Made by a program: the position numbers and the translations under genes
Notes under the pieces: generated by a model
What the model saw: the letters and a program-made list of their open reading frames with translations, nothing else
Database searches by the model: none
What the model was told of the DNA's origin: nothing
Shown here: one piece after another, positions 40,280-50,657 of the stretch
How the letters are laid out: the number at the start of each line of letters is the position of its first letter
Numbering within the stretch: position 1 is the first letter of the stretch
Virus record (IMG/VR): IMGVR_UViG_3300043410_001708
Location: 32,001 to 96,000 of that record
DNA: 64,000 nucleotides
Strand: one strand, 5' to 3'
From: a virus

Positions 40280-41626
40280 TTACATCAAGTTTTTAACTTG
40301 GAAGATACGGTAGTACACGTTAGTACGTGGGTTCAATGCACCGTTGCCAGATGCAAGACCGTTTGCGAATGGGTTTGCAACCATGCCGTAACGAGTCTTG
40401 AAACCAATTTTTGGTTGGAATGTGAACTGGTCAACTGCACGAACCATTTGTAGAGGAACGTATGGGCAGTAGAATAGACCAGCGTCATAAGGAGAAGAAC
40501 CCTTATAACCAACAGTAACCAATTCTTGGTTAGAAGTGTAACCACCGAAATATGGATCGATGTAAACTTTGATACGACCATGCAACATACCAGCAAATGT
40601 ATTGCCTGTATCGTCAACTTGTAGGTCAGCAGATAGAGCTGGTGTGTATTGTAGAACACCGGCCATTGCCATAGCAGAAGCAACGTCAGATGATACAATC
40701 ATCACGTTACCTTTACCTCTACGAGTTTGTTTTGCAATAACGTTAGCATCACGTTCAATTTGGAAAATCAAACCTTTGAAACGTTCAACTGACCAACGAC
40801 CGTTAGAATCTGTGTCCAAGTCAAATGCACCAGCAGTTGTAGTACCATATTGAGCACCTGCAACAGCAGTTGTATAGATTGTACGGATAACTTCACGGTT
40901 AATTTCAGACAAAATTTCTGTAGAAAGAATGTTTGACAACTCTGTTTCTGCGTCCAAGCCATGAATTGCCTTCAAGTCTTGTGCAAGTTCTAGAGAGTAT
41001 TCTGCCTTCAACGCACGGCTTTGAGCAGTAACTGTAACCTTTTCGATAGAGAAAGCCATTTGTTTGAAAGGACTATCTGTATCAGCACCCAATGCTTCAG
41101 CAGTTGCTGTAGTCATTGCGATACCAGTTGTATAGTGGTTAGCAGTCAAGTCTGCAACAGGGCTTGTACGGATGTCAGTTGCGTTGTTACCACGGAAACC
41201 GTATGGGTTAGACGTAGACAATGCACCAGAGAATTCTGTATTTGCTTCGTTGAAGAATGCTTCGTTTGTGTTACCTGGACCACCTGATTGTGTGTCGTAA
41301 CGAGCACGCATTGCGAAGATAAGACCTGTAGGTCCTGTCATTGGCTGAACGCCTGCAACGTCATAAGCAATCAAGTTTGGCAATGCACGGCGAACCAAGC
41401 TAATCAAGATTGGGTCGTAGTTAGAAATGCCAGAACCTGTAACGTTTGTTGGTGCAGCAGAAACAGCAGTTTCATTCAACTGTTGTGCAGCAGCGGCCAT
41501 TTCACGTTGTTGGTTTTCCAAAACAAGTGCTGTAACAGCTTTCTTGTATGGATCTTTGATGGACTCTAGGCCTTCGTGTTCAAGCACTGGCGCCCATTTC
41601 TTTTGTAGTTCTTCGGTTAGATACAT
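40280..41626 (-). CDS. 23: major capsid protein gp23
   Basis: GVQPMTGPTGLIFAMR, RALKAEYSLELAQDLKAIHGLDAE, GFKTRYG. Confidence 0.98.
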   Translation of the reverse strand: MYLTEELQKKWAPVLEHEGLESIKDPYKKAVTALVLENQQREMAAAAQQLNETAVSAAPTNVTGSGISNYDPILISLVRRALPNLIAYDVAGVQPMTGPTGLIFAMRARYDTQSGGPGNTNEAFFNEANTEFSGALSTSNPYGFRGNNATDIRTSPVADLTANHYTTGIAMTTATAEALGADTDSPFKQMAFSIEKVTVTAQSRALKAEYSLELAQDLKAIHGLDAETELSNILSTEILSEINREVIRTIYTTAVAGAQYGTTTAGAFDLDTDSNGRWSVERFKGLIFQIERDANVIAKQTRRGKGNVMIVSSDVASAMAMAGVLQYTPALSADLQVDDTGNTFAGMLHGRIKVYIDPYFGGYTSNQELVTVGYKGSSPYDAGLFYCPYVPLQMVRAVDQFTFQPKIGFKTRYGMVANPFANGLASGNGALNPRTNVYYRIFQVKNLM

Positions 41627-41667
41627 TAGTTTTCTCCTTGTTAGTATCTTTTATTGGTAAATTTTAT

Positions 41668-42930
41668 TTATTTAACCAATGATTTAGAGATAATTTGTGC
41701 GTACTGAGCGATTGCAGGATCAATAGCTGCCGATGGCGCTTTTTCATCCTCAATTTCTACAGCTTCGTTAAGAGCAGAACTAACTGGTGCTTTAACTGAT
41801 TGTTGGAAGTATGAATCTACCAATGTTTCTAGTTTGCGACCGAATTCTTCTTCAGTAGTAAACTCAACGCTCTCTGCGAGTGATTTAAGTTTTTCTACTT
41901 GTGTCTGCGTCAGGCCTTCACATACTGCATGTATAGCCTCGTTCTTTTTAAATTCGTTAATTTGTTTCTTCATTTCAACGTTACGTGAAATTTCTTCGTT
42001 GATAGAAGATTCCAATTCTTCAACCTTTGTTGTCAATTCTTCTACAACATCCACTTTTTCTTCTGGAATTTCAATGTAGTGTTCTTCGAATAGACCTTTT
42101 AGACCACGAATGAAATCTTCAACGATTTCAGAACGTAGGCCTGCTTCGATTGCCAATTGGTTTTCTTTGAACCATTCTTCAGCCATATAGTTGATGTAGT
42201 CATCCAACTTCTTAGCCAAATCTTCTTTAACTGCTTCAACAGCAACTTCGAATTCTTCGTACAATGCTTCTTCAACTTCTTCCATAATGGACTGTGAACG
42301 AGCAATAACGGCAGATTCAAAAATTGTGGTAGCTTTTGATTTGAATTCTTCTGAAAGTTCTTCACCTGAAAGCAATGCACCTACGTCTTGGTCCATTTGT
42401 TCTTTCATTTTTTGTTTCTTCATCATAGCCTTAATCATTGCTTTGTCTTCGGCTGCGTCTTCATGGCCTTCGCCTTTTTCTTCAGCAACAACTTCATCTT
42501 CAACTTCAACTTCTTCTGGTACTGCATGGAATGTTGCACCAGGATTTGATTGCATTGTTTGTGTTGCTAATTTAGCTTTGATGCGGTCACGGATTGCAGA
42601 ATAGTCTGTTGCATTTGCTTGAACAGCTTTGTGTTCAGAACCTTGTGAGTCGGCAGGACCAGTTAGTTTGCCGCCAGGTTGTGAACCAACTGGTGGTGTT
42701 GCGCCTGGTGGTGTAGCTGTTGGAACACCTTTGGTGTAATCGCCTTCATCATCGTCTTGTTTCTTAACTTCACCTGCAACCTCACCAACATCTTTCATGC
42801 CATAAGCAACAGATGTAGGTAGTTTAGATGGACCATCTTTGTGACCACGAGCTACAGAAGCTTCAAAATTTTCTTTTGCACCTTCTGTTAGAATTGCTTT
42901 AGCGGCGTCTGTCAGATTAAATTTTCCCAT
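41668..42930 (-). CDS. 22: prohead core scaffold gp22
   Basis: acidic coiled coil, LSEEFKSKATTIFE; synteny. Confidence 0.9.
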   Translation of the reverse strand: MGKFNLTDAAKAILTEGAKENFEASVARGHKDGPSKLPTSVAYGMKDVGEVAGEVKKQDDDEGDYTKGVPTATPPGATPPVGSQPGGKLTGPADSQGSEHKAVQANATDYSAIRDRIKAKLATQTMQSNPGATFHAVPEEVEVEDEVVAEEKGEGHEDAAEDKAMIKAMMKKQKMKEQMDQDVGALLSGEELSEEFKSKATTIFESAVIARSQSIMEEVEEALYEEFEVAVEAVKEDLAKKLDDYINYMAEEWFKENQLAIEAGLRSEIVEDFIRGLKGLFEEHYIEIPEEKVDVVEELTTKVEELESSINEEISRNVEMKKQINEFKKNEAIHAVCEGLTQTQVEKLKSLAESVEFTTEEEFGRKLETLVDSYFQQSVKAPVSSALNEAVEIEDEKAPSAAIDPAIAQYAQIISKSLVK

Positions 42931-42967
42931 TTTGAGAATCTCCTTGATTTATATTGGATATTTATAT

Positions 42968-43612
42968 TTAAAGTTTTTTAAGGAAGTTTTCAAAGATTTT
43001 TAAGCTTACTGCTTCAATATCTTTACTTGATGCTTGTTTGATTTCTTGTTTAGCAACATCGTAATGTTGTTCTGTCCAGATACCATTAACCAACATCCAT
43101 TCCTTACCTTCCATAATACCTTGCACAAAAGCACCAGGTGCAGAAGGATCTGCTACAATATCTGCCGCTGTGGCCAGATGAAAGTCTCCTTGAACGACAT
43201 TGATGCCGTTTTCCATTTTAAGAGAACCCATGCCTCTGGATGACACACCAAGTTGTGCGCCACCTTCGATAAGATTTCTTGCAATGTTACCCATAGGGGT
43301 TTCAAGAATTTTTGCTTTGCCTATCCAAGCATTTCCTTCTTGACGTAGACCAACAATTAGGTGTGATACACGGTCAAGATTAATGGATGGGGTGTCTGGA
43401 TGTCCCAGTTCACCAAAGGCACGATTTTTAGAAATGTATTCTTCACTGTAACGATTAACTTCATTACGCATGGTTTCTTCTTTGTACATGCGTTTGTTTT
43501 TGTTAACAGCTTCTGCAACTAGAAACGGACCTTCAATGTAGAGAGTTTTCTTTCCATCTTTTTCTTCCGTTAAGTATTGTACCGATTCGGTAAGTTCTCT
43601 GATAAGTTTCAT
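42968..43612 (-). CDS. 21: prohead protease gp21
   Basis: GELGHP, GVSSRGMGS, DIVADPSAP; TATAAATA just downstream for gene 22. Confidence 0.95.
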   Translation of the reverse strand: MKLIRELTESVQYLTEEKDGKKTLYIEGPFLVAEAVNKNKRMYKEETMRNEVNRYSEEYISKNRAFGELGHPDTPSINLDRVSHLIVGLRQEGNAWIGKAKILETPMGNIARNLIEGGAQLGVSSRGMGSLKMENGINVVQGDFHLATAADIVADPSAPGAFVQGIMEGKEWMLVNGIWTEQHYDVAKQEIKQASSKDIEAVSLKIFENFLKKL

Positions 43613-43622
43613 TATTGATACC

Positions 43623-44150
43623 TTATGGTTTCATGGCATATTGGCCATAGTTGAATGCTGCAGGGTCATTGAATTGGCCTCTTTGATAATGTGCATTATC
43701 TTTGCGAAACTCAGCAACAATTGTATAACTGTCATTTGCAACCATACCTCTTGTTGTTACTAGAATGTCTCCTAAACAACCTGCTGTACCTTTTGCATTA
43801 TTTGGAATTGTTACCCAGTTGCTATGTCCATCATATTCTCCATTACCATTTAAGAACATTAATGGTACTGGTGTATCAGCGTGCCAATACAACTCAACAT
43901 CGCCTGTACAACCACAGTCATACCACAAACGATGTAAGCTTAAACCATAATATGAAAGTGGGGTATTTGCGGCACCACCTTGAGTGTTTGCAACCAAATA
44001 TCCGTTAGTTGCAATTGCACCATACAAACTATTTGCTACAATACGTGTGTGATTATTTTCTTGACCTGTACCGTCAAATTTACCTGTCAATTTAATAACA
44101 ACATGTTCTGTTGTATCTTTTATTATTTGGTCGGTATATGAATTTGCCAT
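43623..44150 (-). CDS. hypothetical virion-associated protein
   Basis: late promoter TATAAATA upstream; lies within the head module. Confidence 0.65.
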   Translation of the reverse strand: MANSYTDQIIKDTTEHVVIKLTGKFDGTGQENNHTRIVANSLYGAIATNGYLVANTQGGAANTPLSYYGLSLHRLWYDCGCTGDVELYWHADTPVPLMFLNGNGEYDGHSNWVTIPNNAKGTAGCLGDILVTTRGMVANDSYTIVAEFRKDNAHYQRGQFNDPAAFNYGQYAMKP

Positions 44151-44196
44151 TTGTAATCCCTGTTATGTTTGAATAATATTTATACCAGTGTCAAAA

Positions 44197-44394
44197 TTAT
44201 TCAGCGTCTGCTGCATATACAACTTCATCTTCAGCAGTTGCGCCATTTGGATTCATTAATTGTTTTGCAACTTCTACTTTGTGAGTTTCGATATGTGCCA
44301 TGACTCTATCATGTAAAGCAGAATATAATGCATTACGCATTTCATTTGCGTTGTCAGTTTCTGCGTAATCTATAATTTCTCTTGCTTTGTCCAT
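44197..44394 (-). CDS. small prohead core protein (gp67-like position)
   Basis: small acidic ORF after the portal gene. Confidence 0.6.
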   Translation of the reverse strand: MDKAREIIDYAETDNANEMRNALYSALHDRVMAHIETHKVEVAKQLMNPNGATAEDEVVYAADAE

Positions 44395-44407
44395 TGTTAT
44401 CTCCTAA

Positions 44408-46153
44408 TTATAAAATGCGTTTCAATCTGGTAAATGTGTTTTCAACTTCTTCTAAGCTGAGGTCGCCTTTAACGGATTTTGAACCACCGGAACTTTTTTC
44501 TTTTGGTTTACTATTTGATGATGAATCACCACCAGAACTGGAACCACCAGTTGCATCAGGTTGAGGCATTAACTCTGCCTGTTGTACCATTTGGTCTGTT
44601 TGAACTTGTCCTAACATCTGTTGTTGTGCAACATCATTTGTTACCGAAACTGGCAATCCAAGACCCATTTCTTTTTCTTTTTCAATCTCTGCATCCATTT
44701 CTTTAATCTCATCATCAGTTAGACGCAACACATTTTGTTGAATCCATTTTTGAGAGAAATAACGACCAGTATATGGATCAACTGATTGAAGTAAAGTTAA
44801 ACGTTGTGAAATTAATTCCGCTTCTTTTAATTCGGAAAAATTATTATCTTTGATGAAGTCATAATGAATGTTTTCTTTGAACAATTCCCATTCTTCATCC
44901 GTACAGATACCTTTTAATACACACTGTACACGCAATGCTTGATTGAAAACATCAGAGAATTTGTTTCTCAATCTATCAACAAACTTAGAGAATTTCAATT
45001 CATCTCTAGTAATTTCTGATGAACGACCAAGTGAGAATCCTTGATTAGGTTCCAATCTAGAAATTGGTACACATAATGCACCATATAGTTTCTTTTGGAA
45101 GTATTTAACGTCTTCCAACTCACCTAGGTTTTGTCCACCTGGTAGTGTAGTAATCTCTGTGCCTTTGCCACCTTCTCTACGTGGTAACCAAAAGTCTTCC
45201 ATCATTGACATAAATTTACGGTCATCACGTACTTCACCTGTGTTTGCATCATAGACAAGTTTGTTTTTATACTTGACCATGATATCACGTAAGTATTGTT
45301 CCGCTTTTAATTTTGGTAAATTACCAACGTCAATATAGAAAATACGGCGTTCAGGTGCTCTTGAAATACGGTAGATAACAGTTGCATCTTCAATCATACG
45401 CAACTGATTTAGAGGTTTAATTGCCTTGTGTAGGTAACTTAGAACCACCGCACGGCGAGAATCCATAAGACCTGATACCACCGAAATAATAGAATCTGTA
45501 GTAATACGAACACCAACAGGACCAAAATTGGATGCACTGCCACTAACAACCTTGTCGTTGTAGATATAATATTCATTGACTGGCTGCATAATATCTGCAC
45601 CAGTTCTTTCGTCTTTTTGTTTCTTCATTTCACGAACCTTACGTAATCTACGTGGGTCTATGTAACGAAGTTCTTTGATGCCTTCTTGTGGATTTTCACG
45701 GTCAATAATAATGTGATAGTACATTCTGCCATCAACATAATATCGGCGGAAAATATCTTGTGCCATTTTTTGATAACTCAACATACGTAATACCGTGTTG
45801 AATTCTTCTTTAATGGCTTTTTTGATTTTGTCTGTAACTTTTAAATCATCTAAAATGATTTGTGTTATTTTACCATCATCGTCTTGCACAATGGCTTCAT
45901 TAACTATGTCATCTATCGCAGATTCTATTTCAGGTTGCATTGCCATTTCACGGTAACGAGAAATAAGTTCTACCTCATTCTTTGCAGTACCGTCAAGGTC
46001 AACATATGTGCCGTAGTATGCGGCAGATGTAATAGTTAATGCCCCATCGTCTTGCGTTGGTGGTGCAAATGATTGTTGGACGGCTGCGTCTTCCTCATCC
46101 TTTTGGCGAGAAATTGTAAATCCGAACAATGAAAATTTATTTGTGTTTGCCAT
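44408..46153 (-). CDS. 20: portal protein gp20
   Basis: IYRISRAPERRIFYIDVGNLP, EDFWLPRREGGKGTEI. Confidence 0.98.
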   Translation of the reverse strand: MANTNKFSLFGFTISRQKDEEDAAVQQSFAPPTQDDGALTITSAAYYGTYVDLDGTAKNEVELISRYREMAMQPEIESAIDDIVNEAIVQDDDGKITQIILDDLKVTDKIKKAIKEEFNTVLRMLSYQKMAQDIFRRYYVDGRMYYHIIIDRENPQEGIKELRYIDPRRLRKVREMKKQKDERTGADIMQPVNEYYIYNDKVVSGSASNFGPVGVRITTDSIISVVSGLMDSRRAVVLSYLHKAIKPLNQLRMIEDATVIYRISRAPERRIFYIDVGNLPKLKAEQYLRDIMVKYKNKLVYDANTGEVRDDRKFMSMMEDFWLPRREGGKGTEITTLPGGQNLGELEDVKYFQKKLYGALCVPISRLEPNQGFSLGRSSEITRDELKFSKFVDRLRNKFSDVFNQALRVQCVLKGICTDEEWELFKENIHYDFIKDNNFSELKEAELISQRLTLLQSVDPYTGRYFSQKWIQQNVLRLTDDEIKEMDAEIEKEKEMGLGLPVSVTNDVAQQQMLGQVQTDQMVQQAELMPQPDATGGSSSGGDSSSNSKPKEKSSGGSKSVKGDLSLEEVENTFTRLKRIL

Positions 46154-46175
46154 ATTTGTGTGTAATTATAAAATC

Positions 46176-46209
46176 AAAAAAAACATGGGAGACCCTATTG
46201 GGCCTCCCG
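46176..46209 (-). terminator. gene 19 terminator
   Basis: GGGAGGCCC-AATA-GGGTCTCCC followed by a T run. Confidence 0.75.
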
Positions 46210-46215
46210 CATATA

Positions 46216-46758
46216 TCAGGTAGTTGTATTTGTTTCCCAGAATTGGTAAGCAAAAGTACAAGTATATTCCTCAATTGCGTCATTTGAACCCCAATCTAAA
46301 TCGATTGGAGACAAGTCTAATGGGAACATACCAACGAATTTATATTTCTTCAATTCGTTACCAGTTTTTCCATATTGAATTACGCTTGCATCAACAGAAT
46401 ATGAGTTAATATTTTGAGCAGCTGTGCTTCTAATGTTACCTGCATGACTATTGATTGAGTTCATCCAATTTTCTAAAGAATTTCTAACGACAAAATCTTC
46501 ATCGTTAATAATTGTTAATGTCCAGTCTGCGAAAGTTCTGTTACCAGCAAATTTCATTTCACGACCAAAATAATATACTGGAACTGTACCAATTGATGAA
46601 CCTGGTAGTTGAGCTGTTTTAGCCATAAAACTGATTTTTTGGCCAGCAGCTGTAGCGTTTGATACTAATGTTGGAAATATTAAAGAGACAGAGAATAGAT
46701 TAGGACGTGCGCCGTCTCCAATCATATTAGCTCTGAATTCTGCTACATTAAATGCCAT
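46216..46758 (-). CDS. 19: tail tube protein gp19
   Basis: GARPNLF, GNRTFADWTLTIINDEDF. Confidence 0.95.
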   Translation of the reverse strand: MAFNVAEFRANMIGDGARPNLFSVSLIFPTLVSNATAAGQKISFMAKTAQLPGSSIGTVPVYYFGREMKFAGNRTFADWTLTIINDEDFVVRNSLENWMNSINSHAGNIRSTAAQNINSYSVDASVIQYGKTGNELKKYKFVGMFPLDLSPIDLDWGSNDAIEEYTCTFAYQFWETNTTT

Positions 46759-46785
46759 TGTTTTCTCCTATTATCGTTTTATTTA

Positions 46786-48477
46786 TTAAGCTGCACCAAC
46801 GATTGTCACAAAATCAACACCAGTTCCAATAGCAACAAAATTCAATTGAATGTAGTTGACTGAACGAGCAGGCTTGATGTAAATATCACCAACAAATTGG
46901 TTACTGTCAACAACTTGTTGTGTATTATTTGTTGAATCACATACAACTTTAAAATCTGTGATACCACGGCGACCTTGAATATCACGTAAGAAAGGAGTTA
47001 CAAGTGCAACAAATTGTGCTCTTGTGAATTCATCATTCAATTCAAACATTGAATACTTAGCTGCTTGTGCAATTGATTTTTCAAGTGTGATAAACAATCT
47101 ACGAACATTGATTCTATCAAATGCAGAAGGTTTGTCCAACAAAGTTTTGTCACCAAATAATACGGTGCCTTGACCAGGGAAAGAAACAACTGGATTAACA
47201 CCAAGTTTATATAGTGAATCACGGTATGGTTTAGTTGGATTCCATGACAACTTGATACAATTCTTAATTGCACCACGATTGAAACCTGCTGGTGAGAACC
47301 ATGGGTCACGAATGTTGTCTGTGTATACACATAGACCAGCAATATCACCGTTCAATGGGATCCAACGGTATGTATTGTTGTATTTGTCAAATTGATATTT
47401 CCAACCAGAATCAGCAACAACATAAGAAGATGTTCTGCTTAGCGATGATAACCAGTTTTCGATGTTGGTTGATTCACTACCACCTTGACTAACAACGTCT
47501 GCTCTTCTTGGAGAAATAAATGCAACACAATCTGCTCTACCAATTGCAATATTATCAATTACACTTTGTTGAACTGTAACACTGTGGTTAGCAGTCAACA
47601 CCAATGAAATATCAATACCTTCTTTATTTGCAAACAAATCATAAGAGGTAACAATATCACCATCGGCTGGTGTTGCAGACACACCATTGCCTAGAGACCT
47701 TGTTATGTTTGTTGTTGGTCTTGCAAAAGTTCTACCTGCTGCAGGTTCATCCCAAGTTGTATTTGTTGTTGAATAATCAATTGGATCCATTGAGTAAATA
47801 TACTTGGAATTATTAAAAATTACTTGTTTATAATAATTTGTAACACCATTGATTGTTGCATCTGAAGCAGCAGAAACAAAACCAAATGTTTCCAAAACTG
47901 TTCCAGCTGAACCAGTAAATAAACCATTTTCGTCAATAACAACAATGTGCATTTCGTCATCGGCTCCAGCAACAGAATCTGCATAATCAGATGTTTTTGG
48001 TGCTGATGTAAAATAGTTTTTGTATGCCCATGTAGAGAATGTTGATGTATTCGCACAAACAGAAACTGCTAAAGAATTTCCTAAAGTACCAGCGTATCTT
48101 GCTGCCCAAGGACCATAAGAATTCGAATTGCCTTGTCTAAGGTAAGTAGCTTCATAAACGTCTTCGTTTTTAATTGATACTGAATCACCTGTACCATCAA
48201 CTGCGTTTCTTGCGGCTGAACCAACAGCTCTAACAACACTTAAGTTGTTTCCGTATGACAAAAAGTTTGCACAAGTGAAAAAAGATTCTGCTGTACTAGA
48301 ATCTGGTTTACCGAATGTGTTGATAAGGGATATTTCACTATCGATTATTTTTATTTTATCTGCTGGACCCCATTGAAATGTTCCAGCAAATGCACCGGCC
48401 GTTGTTTGTAGTGCTGGTACAACTGTTGTTGCATCCACTTCAGCTACATTTACGCCTGGAGAGATTTGAAATGCCAT
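46786..48477 (-). CDS. 18: tail sheath protein gp18
   Basis: SPGVNV.E.D, PWFSPAG, FDRINVRRLF. Confidence 0.96.
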   Translation of the reverse strand: MAFQISPGVNVAEVDATTVVPALQTTAGAFAGTFQWGPADKIKIIDSEISLINTFGKPDSSTAESFFTCANFLSYGNNLSVVRAVGSAARNAVDGTGDSVSIKNEDVYEATYLRQGNSNSYGPWAARYAGTLGNSLAVSVCANTSTFSTWAYKNYFTSAPKTSDYADSVAGADDEMHIVVIDENGLFTGSAGTVLETFGFVSAASDATINGVTNYYKQVIFNNSKYIYSMDPIDYSTTNTTWDEPAAGRTFARPTTNITRSLGNGVSATPADGDIVTSYDLFANKEGIDISLVLTANHSVTVQQSVIDNIAIGRADCVAFISPRRADVVSQGGSESTNIENWLSSLSRTSSYVVADSGWKYQFDKYNNTYRWIPLNGDIAGLCVYTDNIRDPWFSPAGFNRGAIKNCIKLSWNPTKPYRDSLYKLGVNPVVSFPGQGTVLFGDKTLLDKPSAFDRINVRRLFITLEKSIAQAAKYSMFELNDEFTRAQFVALVTPFLRDIQGRRGITDFKVVCDSTNNTQQVVDSNQFVGDIYIKPARSVNYIQLNFVAIGTGVDFVTIVGAA

Positions 48478-48544
48478 TTTATTCTCCTTGAATTATTATG
48501 TTCTTTTGGCAAAATACCATAAGAGTATTTATGAAAGGCTGGTT

Positions 48545-50233
48545 TTATAACCTTTCCAATCTGTTTCTCATAAACTTCGCATACGTTTCTCCACCGTCTG
48601 CAAGTTCCCACAAATCACCACCCATAATTTCAAAATCGTGTTCCAAGCCGTCCTCAATGATTGGTGCTGGCAGAACGTCATCATCCATTTGGTTCATATT
48701 TTCTAATTGAATCTGTTTACGTATGTCATGGTTAACAATTTCTTTAAAATATTGTTGAGTTGTTACCCATGAAAACATAACCAAAGACATAACCATATCA
48801 TCATTTGCACCTTCTTCCGCACTAAAAGAGTTCTTTTGCTGAATAAAAGTGGTCAATTCCGAATAAGTATCAAAATCTTGAATTTGTAATTTGTCACCTT
48901 CAATTAAAGTTTTTAGGTTTGAACACCCAATTGCCTTAACTTGTGGCGACATTTTCAGTCCCATTTGAACACCACGGGCAAAACCAGCCGATAATTGCTG
49001 TGGTTTCTTATTACCTGTATATATTTTCCACAAGTTTTCATATTCAAAATCTGCATGTAATGAGTCGGCCACCTGTGGATTGTTATTAATTTCTACCAAA
49101 ACATATGCATCATTATAATACCTGGCTGTATTGTAGATGACTGTTGGGAAAAGAATTGGTGTAATTGACGAACTCTTATATGTTGCCACTTGTTTATATG
49201 GTGTCTGAGAGATATCAATTACAGAGAATGCTGAACTGTCAAGGTTTTTACCCTCCGAAACGTCAACCGTAATTGCATATAGGTGGTCCGATTTAGAATC
49301 ATTCACACCTTCTTTAACCGGATGTTCATATATCTTCAACAAGTCGTGGTTTGCAATCGGGTCAATGTATACCAGTTGTTGTAATTTGTAACCAGAAATT
49401 AGTGTGTTAGAGGAACCTAAAAACTCTGTTTCAAATTCTTGTGCAAACTGTCGTTCAGAAGTATTTCGAATCGTTTCTTCTTTCCATTTTTCATCACGAC
49501 CTGGTACATGTGACCAATGAATTTCAAAACTTACATAATTATTTTTCTTATTGATTGAGTCCATCCACAACTTGTAGAATAGATTCATACCGTTTGGTGT
49601 AGACACAATAATAATCTTTGTCTTTTTACCTGATGAAATTACAGGGTAAACAGAGTTAAAGAATTCTTCCGCAATATTGTTTGGAACGAAAGCAAATTCA
49701 TCCAAGAATACGATATTGAAAGAACCTCCACGAATTGCAGAACTTGATGTGGATGCTGCAACAATCTTAGAACCGTTCTCCAATTCAACGTTACCTTTGT
49801 TCCAGGTGACAATACCTTGTTGTAACCACATAGGTAAGTTTTCGTATGCGAGTTGGTACTTAGATAAAATATCTCTTGCAAGAGAACCTTTGTTGGCCAA
49901 AACAGCACAATTCTGGCTGTCTGTAAAGATGGTTGCCCATAACATATAGGCAACTGTAGTGGTTGTTTTACCAACCTGTCGAGGACATTTAGTGATAACG
50001 AAACGATTGTCCTTGAAAAGTTTCAACATCTTTTCTTGGAATGGCCACATCTTAAAGTTGATTAGACCTTCGTCAACGTTAACAATCTTTACATAATTCT
50101 TTGCAAAATAAACAGGGTCTTTGGCACACTTGATGTATTCATCAATCTGTTCTTGTGTGTATTCTACCTTGACGCCTGCCTTTTTAAGTAACGGATTGTC
50201 ACGATAGGCTTCGCCGGTTCTTAAATCACTCAT
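48545..50233 (-). CDS. 17: terminase large subunit gp17
   Basis: PRQVGKTT, LDEFAF, STPNG, DDMVMS. Confidence 0.97.
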   Translation of the reverse strand: MSDLRTGEAYRDNPLLKKAGVKVEYTQEQIDEYIKCAKDPVYFAKNYVKIVNVDEGLINFKMWPFQEKMLKLFKDNRFVITKCPRQVGKTTTTVAYMLWATIFTDSQNCAVLANKGSLARDILSKYQLAYENLPMWLQQGIVTWNKGNVELENGSKIVAASTSSSAIRGGSFNIVFLDEFAFVPNNIAEEFFNSVYPVISSGKKTKIIIVSTPNGMNLFYKLWMDSINKKNNYVSFEIHWSHVPGRDEKWKEETIRNTSERQFAQEFETEFLGSSNTLISGYKLQQLVYIDPIANHDLLKIYEHPVKEGVNDSKSDHLYAITVDVSEGKNLDSSAFSVIDISQTPYKQVATYKSSSITPILFPTVIYNTARYYNDAYVLVEINNNPQVADSLHADFEYENLWKIYTGNKKPQQLSAGFARGVQMGLKMSPQVKAIGCSNLKTLIEGDKLQIQDFDTYSELTTFIQQKNSFSAEEGANDDMVMSLVMFSWVTTQQYFKEIVNHDIRKQIQLENMNQMDDDVLPAPIIEDGLEHDFEIMGGDLWELADGGETYAKFMRNRLERL

Positions 50234-50643
50234 TCTTTACCTTTGAGTAATTTATTTAATTCTGCGGTTGAACCAACAAAAATGGCTTTGTCAATCTTGG
50301 TATCACCATCTTTAGGTTTACCGTCCATTGTACGCATTTGTTTTTGTACTGCAAGAAGTTCTTTGTTTGCATCAACCACATTCTTTAACAGTGTACCATA
50401 AACTTCAAATGCCCTAGGATGTTGACCTGCTTTGGCAATTTGTAGTATTTCTTCCATGGCTTCTTTGCCTTGGTCAATTAGGTCTTGCAGATTATCTTTT
50501 GTTTGTTGATATGCGTCATTCAAATCATTTTTTAAATCTGGCCCATCTTCTGATGGCGCAACCACCGGTACTAAAGGTTTAACCTCCTGTTCTACCGGTG
50601 TTACATCAAATAATTTTTCCATGTTTTTGTCAAATGTACTCAT
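50230..50643 (-). CDS. 16: terminase small subunit gp16
   Basis: HPRAFEV, FVGSTAEL. Confidence 0.92.
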   Translation of the reverse strand: MSTFDKNMEKLFDVTPVEQEVKPLVPVVAPSEDGPDLKNDLNDAYQQTKDNLQDLIDQGKEAMEEILQIAKAGQHPRAFEVYGTLLKNVVDANKELLAVQKQMRTMDGKPKDGDTKIDKAIFVGSTAELNKLLKGKE

Positions 50644-50657
50644 AGTTTTTATTTATT